64,000 bases of DNA from Albugo candida. Its lineage: Eukaryota. The notes under the pieces were generated by a model. It had not been told where the DNA came from and did no database searches. It saw nothing but the letters and a program-made list of their open reading frames with translations. Shown in pieces: positions 35,900-47,971 of the stretch. The stretch is taken from positions 62,001 through 126,000 of the forward strand of contig JBDOQK010000020.1 of assembly GCA_040437565.1 (NCBI GenBank), read 5' to 3'. Position 1 is the first letter of the stretch. Every line of letters begins with the position of its first letter. The position numbers were made by a program, and so were the translations under genes.

Positions 35900-36910
35900 A
35901 TGGCAAAATTACTGAGTGGCTTTGCGAGGTCGGGTAGCGATTTATCACCTACTTTTGGTACCGATTCGCCAGTCTCATACGACTTTCATGAGAGTTCAAA
36001 CTCGCGGAAAGACTCAGACGCTCGAGGAAGTAGTGGGACGTCATCAACAACGTCTTCAAGACGTTCCGAACAAATGTTAGCGGATGCAGCAGCAAAATTT
36101 ACCAGTTTGCAAGAGTCTTTGTATAGTTATAAATCGCAATATGTTCAAGCGATTGAAGAAAAACAGAGATTGGAAGAAGAGAACGAGTTTTTACGGCAAG
36201 CAATCTTGACGCAAGCTCTGGAGAACGCGAGTATTGACTTGAGGCGCGAACACATGCAATTGAAACAAGCGCTGAGTTCTTATCGGAGTAAAATGGAGCA
36301 AATGAAGGAGATTTCACTATTATCAGCTAAAGTTGTTGACAGGTTCGTAGCATGGTGCACATTGTTGATAATGTGTTCTTGAACTTATTGCTTTCTTGAT
36401 GTAGTCGCATACGAACTAAGCAAGGACGGCAGTACGTCGAGTACAAGCTCCAAATCGAAACGGATATTCGCGGATCGCTTGTTTTATGGCATCGTTACAG
36501 CACCTTTCTGTGAGTTCATCGTCTCAACCATTTAGCAAGAATTTCTTTCACAAGCGTATTCGCTTTGTAGGAATCTGGCTGCAACGCTAAAGTCAAAAAA
36601 CCCAACGATAGAACATCAAATTCCCGAGTTACAAACACAATCATTAACGGGTTATTTTTCGGATCGATTGATGCTGGACCGGGTTGCGCGCTTAAATGAG
36701 TTTTTGGATGTTGTCACACAAGCGGATGAGTTTCAGTGGGGAATCCGAATAGACAAGGACACGTGTGTCTACAAGCGAAGGGGTCGGGATAGTGGAATGG
36801 ATAGTGTGCGCGAAAGCATATCAACATTATCACCACATTTGGTTCGTGACAGCGTATACGGAGACGGCTCTATACGTCCCTCCATAGCATCTTATGCAGT
36901 TCCGATGTAA
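35900..36910 (+). CDS. Stand-alone coiled-coil + PX (phox) domain protein, paralogue of the myosin tail; exons 35900-36342, 36405-36509, 36571-36910
   Basis: GT-AG splicing yields ...[54 protein letters not shown]...[16 protein letters not shown]. Ser-rich N-terminus and a coiled coil precede it. Confidence 0.85.
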
Positions 36911-37300
36911 TCTGGTTTTCAAAGTCTATGTCGTTCGGTTAGTTATGTTGAGCGACCTGTATTGTGTCTTGTATGGCTGTACCTCAACTAATAGTAAAAT
37001 ACCGTATTGAATTTTTGCATTTAGTGTGTTCGAAATAGCAATTAGCAATAGGTTTAGGGCATTATGCTAGAGCGAATCATCCGGCCGCTTTTGTTGCGGT
37101 ATACTGAGATCAGTTGCCACGTAGAGCATTTCACTTTCTCTCTTGCGCCGTACAGTACTTTGTTTTTCTCAAAATAGATACTTTACTTGCTGCAAGTTCA
37201 AGAAGAACGAAAGGTCATCGCTCCACCGAGTAAGTTACAAAAGTGCTTAGTTTTTCGAAAGAAATATTTCTGGACTCAGAGTAAGATAATATAAAATTCC

Positions 37301-38005
37301 ATGAGCAACACACTGCACAATGTTGTGAATGCATCTTTTTTTCCGACCGTCAATGAACTCACAAGCGGCGTCAAGTGGTTTAAAGATCATCCATTTCTCA
37401 CTGCGGTGGCTGCCACCGCCGTCTCCGCGATAACTTATTGGAGCACGATAAATTCTGATTCTGATCTAGAATTTGATGAGTCTGAGCAGAATCAGAAGCA
37501 AGAATTTTGTGCGACCAAAGCTCATCATCGAACCACAGAAGAGAGCAAAAATGCAGAAAAGACGCTACCAGCATGCGTAAGCTGGTGTGATGAGCATGGC
37601 AGCAGTCTCACACAAGTTTTTGAAGATATTGCTCCAAGTAATGATAGTGAAAGCGAAGAGGAGGCGCAGGTAATTTGGAAGGGGGCGCAGCACGGCGCTA
37701 GTGCTGATTCTAGAAGACCTGAAGCAAACAGCGGTGACAATACTTCCGATAGATGGGCACACTCAGATAACATGTTAGAAGACGGATTGTTAAGTGGAGC
37801 GGCATGTCGATCGGATGTAGACTTTGAAATTCAAAGTGAGTCTCCTCAATGGGGCTGGTATGTAGCAATTACACCCCCGGAAGACAATACTTTGCCACGC
37901 GAAGTATCTTTTGGGATGCCAAAGAAATTTACAAATATGACATCTTCAGAGCGCACGTCACCGTCTCCGATCTTAAAACGAACATTTTCTGGCAAACTCG
38001 GTTAA
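37301..38005 (+). CDS. Hypothetical protein, 234 aa, with an N-terminal hydrophobic segment
   Basis: Intact ATG-initiated ORF in a gene-dense block. Hydrophobic PFLTAVAATAVSAITYW; motif-like VSWCDEHGSSLTQVFE and SPQWGWYVAITPP in an otherwise low-complexity acidic sequence. Confidence 0.7.
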   Translation: MSNTLHNVVNASFFPTVNELTSGVKWFKDHPFLTAVAATAVSAITYWSTINSDSDLEFDESEQNQKQEFCATKAHHRTTEESKNAEKTLPACVSWCDEHGSSLTQVFEDIAPSNDSESEEEAQVIWKGAQHGASADSRRPEANSGDNTSDRWAHSDNMLEDGLLSGAACRSDVDFEIQSESPQWGWYVAITPPEDNTLPREVSFGMPKKFTNMTSSERTSPSPILKRTFSGKLG

Positions 38006-38340
38006 GTTACGGATAACGGATAGTATTCGAAATTTGTTAGACAGAAGCAGGCAATAATAATTTTGTAATTTTGAATGCATCACGTCACCAATTCGCCTTT
38101 GTCGCATCTCATTCGTGTTGAACAGATCCCTTTTACCAAACCGTAATGTATAAGGCGGTGCACATTGCATTGAAAATATACAAAAATACAAGTGTGCTGC
38201 TGTAGTACGCGTCCGAAAGGAAATTTGGTGCGTGCATGCAACTACGATTTCATACGATTTGGTTGTCATCATACACGTGGCTGATTGGTCAAATATAAAA
38301 TATAATGAAAAATGCGGTGAGATACTCTAACAGGCAATTA

Positions 38341-39886
38341 TCACTATGTAAATCGTATCGACCGGATCGTGTGACCGATCTATAATAAAAGTAGATTATA
38401 TTTGTGTACATAATCACGCTTCTCAGTCATCATTCCATAGAAACTGTAGTGACTGTCACTCTGTAAATCGTATCGACCGGATCGTATGACCGATCTATAA
38501 TAAAAGTAGATTATATTTGTGTACATAATCACGCTTCTCAGTCATCATTCCATAGAAACTGTAGTGACTGTCACTCTGTAAATCGTATCGACCGGATCGT
38601 ATGACCGATCTATAATAAAAGTAGATTATATTTGTGTACATAATCACGCTTCTCAGTCATCATTCCATAGAAACTGTAGTGACTGTCACTCTGTAAATCG
38701 TATCGACCGGATCGTATGACCGATCTATAATAAAAGTAGATTATATTTGTGTACATAATCACGCTTCTCAGTCATCATTCCATAGAAACTGTAGTGACTG
38801 TCACTCTGTAAATCGTATCGACCGGATCGTATGACCGATCTATAATAAAAGTAGATTATATTTGTGTACATAATCACGCTTCTCAGTCATCATTCCATAG
38901 AAACTGTAGTGACTGTCACTCTGTAAATCGTATCGACCGGATCGTATGACCGATCTATAATAAAAGTAGATTATATTTGTGTACATAATCACGCTTCTCA
39001 GTCATCATTCCATAGAAACTGTAGTGACTGTCACTCTGTAAATCGTATCGACCGGATCGTATGACCGATCTATAATAAAAGTAGATTNNNNNNNNNNNNN
39101 NNNNNNNNNNNNNNNNNNNNNNNNNNNNNNNNNNNNNNNNNNNNNNNNNNNNNNNNNNNNNNNNNNNNNNNNNNNNNNNNNNNNNNNTAGTGACTGTCAC
39201 TCTGTAAATCGTATCGACCGGATCGTATGACCGATCTATAATAAAAGTAGATTATATTTGTGTACATAATCACGCTTCTCAGTCATCATTCCATAGAAAC
39301 TGTAGTGACTGTCACTCTGTAAATCGTATCGACCGGATCGTATGACCGATCTATAATAAAAGTAGATTATATTTGTGTACATAATCACGCTTCTCAGTCA
39401 TCATTCCATAGAAACTGTAGTGACTGTCACTCTGTAAATCGTATCGACCGGATCGTATGACCGATCTATAATAAAAGTAGATTATATTTGTGTACATAAT
39501 CACGCTTCTCAGTCATCATTCCATAGAAACTGTAGTGACTGTCACTCTGTAAATCGTATCGACCGGATCGTATGACCGATCTATAATAAAAGTAGATTAT
39601 ATTTGTGTACATAATCACGCTTCTCAGTCATCATTCCATAGAAACTGTAGTGACTGTCACTCTGTAAATCGTATCGACCGGATCGTATGACCGATCTATA
39701 ATAAAAGTAGATTATATTTGTGTACATAATCACGCTTCTCAGTCATCATTCCATAGAAACTGTAGTGACTGTCACTCTGTAAATCGTATCGACCGGATCG
39801 TATGACCGATCTATAATAAAAGTAGATTATATTTGTGTACATAATCACGCTTCTCAGTCATCATTCCATAGAAACTGTAGTGACTG
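38341..39886. repeat. Tandem array with a 115-bp unit, at least 12 copies, gap inside
   Basis: ctgtaaatcg recurs at 38461, 38576, 38691 and so on. About 6.5 copies before the gap and 6 after; units look identical except the first. Confidence 0.95.
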
Positions 39887-40578
39887 CTTGGTTTACTTAG
39901 CAAGACTGCCTTATAAAGAAACATCTCAATATCTGGCTATTATCACCTTATACATTTTCAGTGAACAGATTAGATGAGTTCAGCAAGGATATTGCACCAA
40001 ATTGCTTCGAAAACATTCTAACCTATCAAAACAGAGTCGAGCAAGTACTAACTCTGGAAATGTGAAGTTTATTTGACGAGTCCATGTACTACTCCTGTTG
40101 CAATCATGGTCCAAACTTTTGCAAGTATACACTTCAAAACAAAATCATCTGAGATGCAAATGACAAGTCGTAGCCCGGAGAAAAGCTATTACGGCTCTCG
40201 AATGTGATTGTTTACACCAGGTCCTCCTGAAGATGGAACCGAATATTTTTCGGCATATTCTGGCTTGGATGCCTTTTCCCCTATTTTCGAGCGATGAATG
40301 ATACAACATCATATTGCATCAACCGTCACCAGAAAGTTCCGATTTCATGCTCAGCTGAAAATGCTTAGGGTACACAAGTGACAGTGATGTAAAAAAAAGC
40401 GAAAAGATCGAGATTTCCAAGGTGATATTAGGTGCCTTGTCACGCATACGGTTTTTTTTTCTGGATCAAATGATCAGTTTTTTTCTTTTGTCTTCGATTA
40501 TCCACCCTCTTGATGACTGAGAGTACTTATCGCATGATGTTCTTACTACGTTCAGGAGTATGAGGACTACTGAGCGCA

Positions 40579-41263
40579 CAAAATGTGGCCATCACCTACT
40601 GGTAGATGCACTTGCGAGTGCATTATAAGTGCAGACTCAAACGATACCTTTCTTAGGACACGGGTTGCAATTTACACACCGAATTAGACTGCAAAATGTG
40701 GCCATCACCTACTGGTAGATGCACTTGCGAGTGCATTATAAGTGCAGACTCAAACGATACCTTTCTTAGGACACGGGTTGCAATTTACACACCGAATTAG
40801 ACTGCAAAATGTGGCCATCACCTACTGGTAGATGCACTTGCGAGTGCATTATAAGTGCAGACTCAAACGATACCTTTCTTAGGACACGGGTTGCAATTTA
40901 CACACCGAATTAGACTGCAAAATGTGGCCATCACCTACTGGTAGATGCACTTGCGAGTGCATTATAAGTGCAGACTCAAACGATACCTTTCTTAGGACAC
41001 GGGTTGCAATTTACACACCGAATTAGACTGCAAAATGTGGCCATCACCTACTGGTAGATGCACTTGCGAGTGCATTATAAGTGCAGACTCAAACGATACC
41101 TTTCTTAGGACACGGGTTGCAATTTACACACCGAATTAGACTGCAAAATGTGGCCATCACCTACTGGTAGATGCACTTGCGAGTGCATTATAAGTGCAGA
41201 CTCAAACGATACCTTTCTTAGGACACGGGTTGCAATTTACACACCGAATTAGACTGCAAAATG
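40579..41263. repeat. Tandem array with a 113-bp unit, about 6 copies, running into a gap
   Basis: aaatgtggcc recurs at 40581, 40694, 40807 and so on; units look identical. Confidence 0.95.
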
Positions 41264-42347
41264 NNNNNNNNNNNNNNNNNNNNNNNNNNNNNNNNNNNNN
41301 NNNNNNNNNNNNNNNNNNNNNNNNNNNNNNNNNNNNNNNNNNNNNNNNNNNNNNNNNNNNNNNCGATCATGGAATTAGTAAACAGCATCTCTAGATTTTG
41401 ATTGATGATAGTCCGAGGTATCCGATACTTCGTGCAGTGTGCGTGTGCGATCCAATCTAGGACGTATATACGCTAAAGTCATTCTAGATGAACTTCATAA
41501 CTAAAATTAGACTGCTGTATCTCACCTTTCACCTCTCATTGTCTATTTGTCGTCTCTTGAGTCACCGGTGACTTTGGCAACTTGACTCTCGACCAATCGG
41601 CTTTTTTTGAATAAATCGTGCAGCATCAAACGTCATCTGTAGAAGTTTTGATGCTAGCCGATTTGATTTGTAATTGTATTCCTAATTGCAATATATCAAA
41701 ACCCGGTGGCAGTTACAGAGGAAAGACAGCCCCCCGCAAGAAGCCAGACAGCGCATAAATTTAGACACTATACTCTCTTCCGTATAGACACTGTATAGTG
41801 AGGGTACAGGAGGTAAAGGCGACTGTATACTTTCTTAGAAAGNNNNNNNNNNNNNNNNNNNNNNNNNNNNNNNNNNNNNNNNNNNNNNNNNNNNNNNNNN
41901 NNNNNNNNNNNNNNNNNNNNNNNNNNNNNNNNNNNNNNNNNNGTCACCGGTGACTTTGGCAACTTGACTCTCGACCAATCGGCTTTTTTTGAATAAATCG
42001 TGCAGCATTAAACGTCATCTGTAGAAGTTTTAATGCTACCCGATTTGATTTGTAATTGTATTCATAGTTGCAATATATCAAAACCTGGTGGCAGTTACAG
42101 AGGAAAGACAGCCCCCCGCAAGAAGCCAGACAGCGCATAAATTTAGACACTATACTCTCTTTCCGTATAAACACTGTATAGTGAGGGTACAGGAGGTAAA
42201 GGCGACTGTATACTTTCTTAGAAAGGCATTTTGTATTTTTATAAAGTAAATCGTACAGCTCCGTGCGGAAGTAGTGGGAGGTTACTTGCGTAATATCAGA
42301 CACTTAAAGACCATTAATACTCGAGGTAGTGTTTAGACTTTGGTGAG

Positions 42348-45300
42348 ATGGAAGGAACGAGTCTCACGACCGAAGTTACAAAAGAGGAACATAACAGCAC
42401 ATTTATTTGGGTGCCTCATGACGAAAGTGTGTGGAAACGAGCGTCTGTTATAAGAAAATCCAGTGACGGATCCCAGGTAGAAGTTCGCTGTGAAGCGACC
42501 GAAAATGAATACAATGCAGGAGACATCGAGACGTTCTCTATATCAGAAATCTCACAATTATCTGGTAAGAGTTTTGTATGTCTCTTGAATGAATGTACAT
42601 CCTCAATGTTGCTGAATGGTATTAGGAGAAGTATCGATTCATGCGATGCCGATATGTAATACGTTTATGGCAGACGGGGTGGACGATATGTGTACTTTGA
42701 ACCATCTGCATGAACCTGCCGTTTTACGCAATCTAGAAATTCGGTTTGGGCGCCGATTTCCGTACACCTATACAGGCCAAATATGTATAGCGGTTAATCC
42801 TTATCAGTGGCTGGACATTTATGGGACGGTAAGAGGGTTGTTTGATTGTCGTAATAAAGTCGGAACTCAATTACACTTTGAATCTTAGGATTTGTATCAA
42901 AAATATCTGGAATTGCCACGTGAGACACTTGCGCCACATCCTTTTGCGTTATCAGCGACCTCTTATTTGGATATGAAGCGGACAGGATTGGATCAAAGTA
43001 TTCTCGTTAGTGGAGAATCGGGTGCAGGAAAGACTGAAACAGTCAAGATCATGATGAATCATCTAGCCTCAATTTCAGGTGGTGGTGAAAGAGGAACATT
43101 AGTCATTGAGCAAGTTTTGAGGACGAACCCTTTATTGGAATCTTTCGGAAATGCAAAAACAAAACGAAATGATAACAGTAGTCGTTTTGGTAAGTTTGCT
43201 CAATTACAATTCAATTCATATGGATCACTTGTTGGCGCACGTTGCGAAACGTACTTACTCGAAAAGAGCCGCGTTGTTGGGCAAACGTGTGGCGAACGTA
43301 ATTATCACATATTTTACCAAATGTTTCGATTGCCACAAGAGCGAAAACAGGCTCTCGGTATTTTACGCACTGCAACTGATTATCGATACGTTGCGATTGG
43401 TGCAAATGAGGAACTTGTTGGCAATGACGACGGAATTTGTTTGAAAGAAACGCTGGACGCTATGGATATCATTGGGATTACTAAGGATGAGCAAGACGGC
43501 ATTTTTGGAATCGTTGCAGCCATATTGAACCTTGGCGAGCTTGATTTTGTGCAAAGTGTTGTAGAAGAAAAATCTTGTGTGAGCGATGATTCCACCGTTC
43601 GAATTATAGCGCAACTGATGCAGACAGAGATGGACGCTCTTCATAGTACATTACTGGAGCGCAGTATAACTGCTGGTAACGAAACATATAAAATTCCGCT
43701 CAATAGTGCACAAGCAAGTGATTCAAGAGATGCGATGGCGAAAGGAATGTACACACAGCTATTTGACTGGCTTGTGGACCGAATCAATCGTGCAATTTGC
43801 TCAGGGAATAATGTTAAGACGCATATCGGATTGCTGGATATATTTGGATTCGAGTCATTTGAAACGAATGGATTCGAACAAATGTGTATCAATTATGCGA
43901 ATGAAAAGTTGCAGCAAAAATTCAATAGTGACGTCTTCAAAGTCGTCCAACAGGAATATGTGGAAGAAGGCATCCCGTTAGCTCTGGTCACATTTCAAGA
44001 CAATCAACCGATTTTGGATTTGATTGAAGGACGAATGGGAATTGTCAGTTTGTTGAATGAAGAAGTTGTACGTCCTCAAGCGAGTGACAGCACATTTGTC
44101 AGCAAAGTTTTAGATACGTATAGTGATCACGCGTATATCGAGAAAAGTCGATTCAGTCCAATGTTATTTACTATACGTCATTACGCTGGTGATGTCACGT
44201 ATAATGGCACTGGTTTCCTGGAGAAGAACAAGGACGCATTACCGACAGATTTGGTCCAGCTTTTGATAGAGAGTAAATCCAGCATCATCTCTGGTATCTT
44301 TGCTCCAAAGAAACAACCTTCTAGTCGCTCGACAGCAAATCGTGGAACTAGACGCACGCAAGGTTTCTTAGTGGGCAATACAATCGCTGGAGCATTTCGG
44401 AAGCAATTNNNNNNNNNNNNNNNNNNNNNNNNNNNNNNNNNNNNNNNNNNNNNNNNNNNNNNNNNNNNNNNNNNNNNNNNNNNNNNNNNNNNNNNNNNNN
44501 NNNNNNNNAAAAGTCGATTCAGTCCAATGTTATTTACTATACGTCATTACGCTGGTGATGTCACGTATAATGGCACTGGTTTCCTGGAGAAGAACAAGGA
44601 CGCATTACCGACAGATTTGGTCCAGCTTTTGATAGAGAGTAAATCCAGCATCATCTCTGGTATCTTTGCTCCAAAGAAACAACCTTCTAGTCGCTCGACA
44701 GCAAATCGTGGAACTAGACGCACGCAAGGTTTCTTAGTGGGCAATACAATCGCTGGAGCATTTCGGAAGCAATTGTCAGAATTGATGGAAACGATCAATA
44801 AGACATCATCTCAGTATGTGCGTTGCATCAAACCCAATGCAAATAAAAGCGCTACAGAGTTCAATAGGAAAATGATTGTGGAGCAGCTAAGATGTGCAGG
44901 TGTGATCGCTGCCATCCGAATCAGTCGCGCAGCTTTTCCAAATCGACTTCCTTTGGATCAATTCCAAAAACGATTTGATATAATTTGTCCTTCCTATTTG
45001 CGTGGTGTTCCAGCGCAAGAAATGGTCATCGGCTTACTAAAGCAATTATTACCAGAAGAAGTCACACGCGATAGCAAGAACAGCGTGTTTGCTGTCGGAT
45101 ATACCAAGGTTTACTTCAGTTCCGGTCTCTTGCAACAGCTGGAAGATCAACGGAATCTTCTTTTGAAAAAATACGCGGTCATGATACAAAAGAATTTTCG
45201 AATGTATTTGTATCGATCTCGTTATCGACGTCAGCTTTCGGCAGCGATCAAATTTCAAGCTGCGTATCGTCGTCATGTAGCGCAGATCCATTATCAATCG

Positions 45301-46346
45301 CTGAAAGCATCTGTCATCCGATGTCAATCACTTTTCCGGGGTCAGAAGCAGCGAATATTGTTCGCGGCGATGGTCGAACAAGTCCGTCGCGAAGGCGATT
45401 TGAATTCTGTACGGGAACGCTTACGTTCCATGAGCGATTTCAAAGACACTCATGCGGTACGTCGCCTTTCCAAAATCTGTGAAGACAATATCAGACAATT
45501 ATATTCGATGTTAGGAACCTGTGGAGGATGATGATTGGAGTGATGACGCAGGAACAGGTGAATTACTCTTATATTGCTTTATTGCATCATGCGAGACTGA
45601 TTTTTTATGATGTAGACCCTCCATCACCCACGACGATGAGAGCACTGACCGGAGCCGCATCTAAAGTCGCCGATGCTGAAGCTGCCGCACGAGACGCAAA
45701 AGAAGCCGCGGAAATGGCACTTGAGCTAAATCGAGAATTACAAGCTCAAAATGATCGATTACGCTCCACATTAACCACCAATGTGACCGAGTATGCAGAC
45801 GCTGAATTACTGCGGGAAAATGAACGTCTGAAGCAACAAGTTCTCCAATTACAAACAAAATTGGTTCGCTCGCAAGAAGTCTCACTGATTTCTGCCAAAG
45901 TAGTCGACAGCCGTATAACGTACCGTGAAGGTCGCCAGTTTGTGGAGTACAAACTACAGATTGAGACCAACACTCGCGGAACACTGTATGTGTGGCATCG
46001 CTATAGCACATTTCGAAATCTGGCGGCTACTTTGCAAACTAAAAATGGATACAAACGCAAAGAAATTCCAGAATTGCCAAATAAGCAACTGTTTGGCAAT
46101 TTCTCAGAAAAAATCATTCAAGATCGGGTGCAAAAGCTAAATCAGTTTTTGGAAGCCGCAACTAACGCCGATTACTTGCAATGGGGAATCCGAGTTGATC
46201 AGGACACTTGTGTGTACAAACGTCGCGTGAAGAGTGCTTCTTCGATAAGGGAAAGCATCAATTCCAATGGAACTAGTACCACGTCCTCACCGCGCGCGTC
46301 CTCGCGTATCTCTATGAAATCTTTTTCGTTTCGTCGTAATACTTGA
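42348..46346 (+). CDS. Myosin heavy chain with motor, IQ motifs, coiled coil and C-terminal PX domain
   Basis: [16 protein letters not shown]-loop [36 protein letters not shown] motifs ([18 protein letters not shown]) and [12 protein letters not shown]. Introns 42565-42625, 42829-42888, 45457-45514 and ~45558-45615. A 366-bp gap artefact lies inside. Confidence 0.95.
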
Positions 46347-46530
46347 GGAAGCTAACGAAAGTAATAAACCGCGTTCAATAGCGCTTTCGCTTCTGCACAA
46401 ATTGTGTGAGTGGTTGAACCAGGGCGTTATGACTTCTCGCAGGAATATTGGTATATACAATAAATCACGATCACTCACGTTACAATTGTGTCAAGTTATG
46501 AACACATACAGTATTCGATTGATAGTATAC

Positions 46531-47362
46531 ATGTCCGAAGCGAATTGGCGCCAATGTGCCGAGTATGAAGTGAAAGAGGTTTCGATAGGAATGCATACAC
46601 TTTTCGTGTATCAGATGCGAGAACTTAGTTTGGATGACATGTTTGCGATGCTTTCAGAGATGGATTCGAAGCAAACGGAGATTTCAGGCACACGTATTTG
46701 GACTGGGTCGTTGGCTCTTTCACATGTACGATGAAGTATTGTGTTGGCCTGTTCTTTTTACCGAGTTTCACCCACAATAGTATCTTCTCATGCACGCTGA
46801 TATCCTCCAAGGCGCATATACATTGGAATTAGGAGCGGGGACGGGAATGTGTAGCATCGTAGCAAAGAAACTGGGTGCTGAAACATGTATTGCAACAGAT
46901 GGAGATGATCGGGTCGTCCAAATTCTGACGAAAAATGTACAATTGAATAAGGAAGCCGTACATGCACACGTTCTTTCTTGGGGTGATGCGAAATCTCACA
47001 CACAATTTTGCACAGAGTTTCCGGATCTGAAGTCAAAATTGAATTTGATTCTTGCCGCAGATGTTTTGTATAAAGCGATGTTGATCCCGCTCTTATTCAA
47101 TTCTGTTGAACAATTTTTTTCTGAGTCTTCTGATTCCAAACAATCGTGCTTATTTTTACTCTGTCACGTGCCAAGAGCTGAAGTAAGTCATGATATGGTC
47201 GAAAAGGCTCTTAAAGCAGCAAGATTTGAGTACAGTGTCCAGTCAGTTCAAGATATTCGGAAGATCAACCCGAAAGAGATATTAGAGATGGAGGAGTGTC
47301 CCGAAAACGAGTACTTACAAGCCAAAATATATTGTGTCACCGCTGTACGCGGTGCTCTGTAA
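46531..47362 (+). CDS. SAM-dependent lysine methyltransferase, METTL21/Methyltransf_16 family; intron 46726-46780
   Basis: SGTRIWTGSLALS, motif I LELGAGTG, ATDGD, LSWG and ILAADVLY. Confidence 0.88.
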
Positions 47363-47971
47363 CGATGTTCGATTTCCCTGACTCGAAACGTCTCATTTCT
47401 TGTGTAGACTTAGTGTCACAAGACAAAGTATTGTCTTTTGAAGCGTCGATCAACACTCCACCATACTACATTACTCTTTCACTCTTTTTGAAGTATCTAA
47501 GTAAAACATTTGATACGTTGAGCACCAAGAGCCATTTTTTGTGATATAACACTCGAGAATTCATGTAAGAAACACGAATACTGTCGTCAAGTCACCACAC
47601 GGTTGCTAGTATCCTCTACAGCGCCTTCAACACGTAAGAAATCTACAACTTATTTTCTACAGTCGTAAAGCGGCATAGTTGAGTTTGCAAACGATTTGCT
47701 TTGGTCAAGCAATTCGGCCATCAAAGGTTGTGCTGACATGACTTCCAAGTCACCCTTTCAATATGACGAAATACGCTCTATACTTCTATCTCCTCCATGT
47801 GCAAAGGCTGATGCGTTTCGCGCGCTATTCGTCGCTGAATTGTCTTCTTCATCAGCATTTACCGAAATCAGCGATGAGAATTCCATTGTGATGGCTTTGA
47901 ACTTGGTAAACGACGTATATCTTTGCTTCGACGGTAAAAGTTCTTGCGACTTCATTTTCTGACAATGCGGC

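Noticed and set aside
38341-41263. CRISPR-like arrays
   Set aside because: Units are contiguous and identical with no unique spacers, there are no cas genes, and the context is eukaryotic.
44143-44774. Duplicated segment in the myosin motor domain
   Set aside because: Identical 266-bp copies flank a 100-N gap; artefact.
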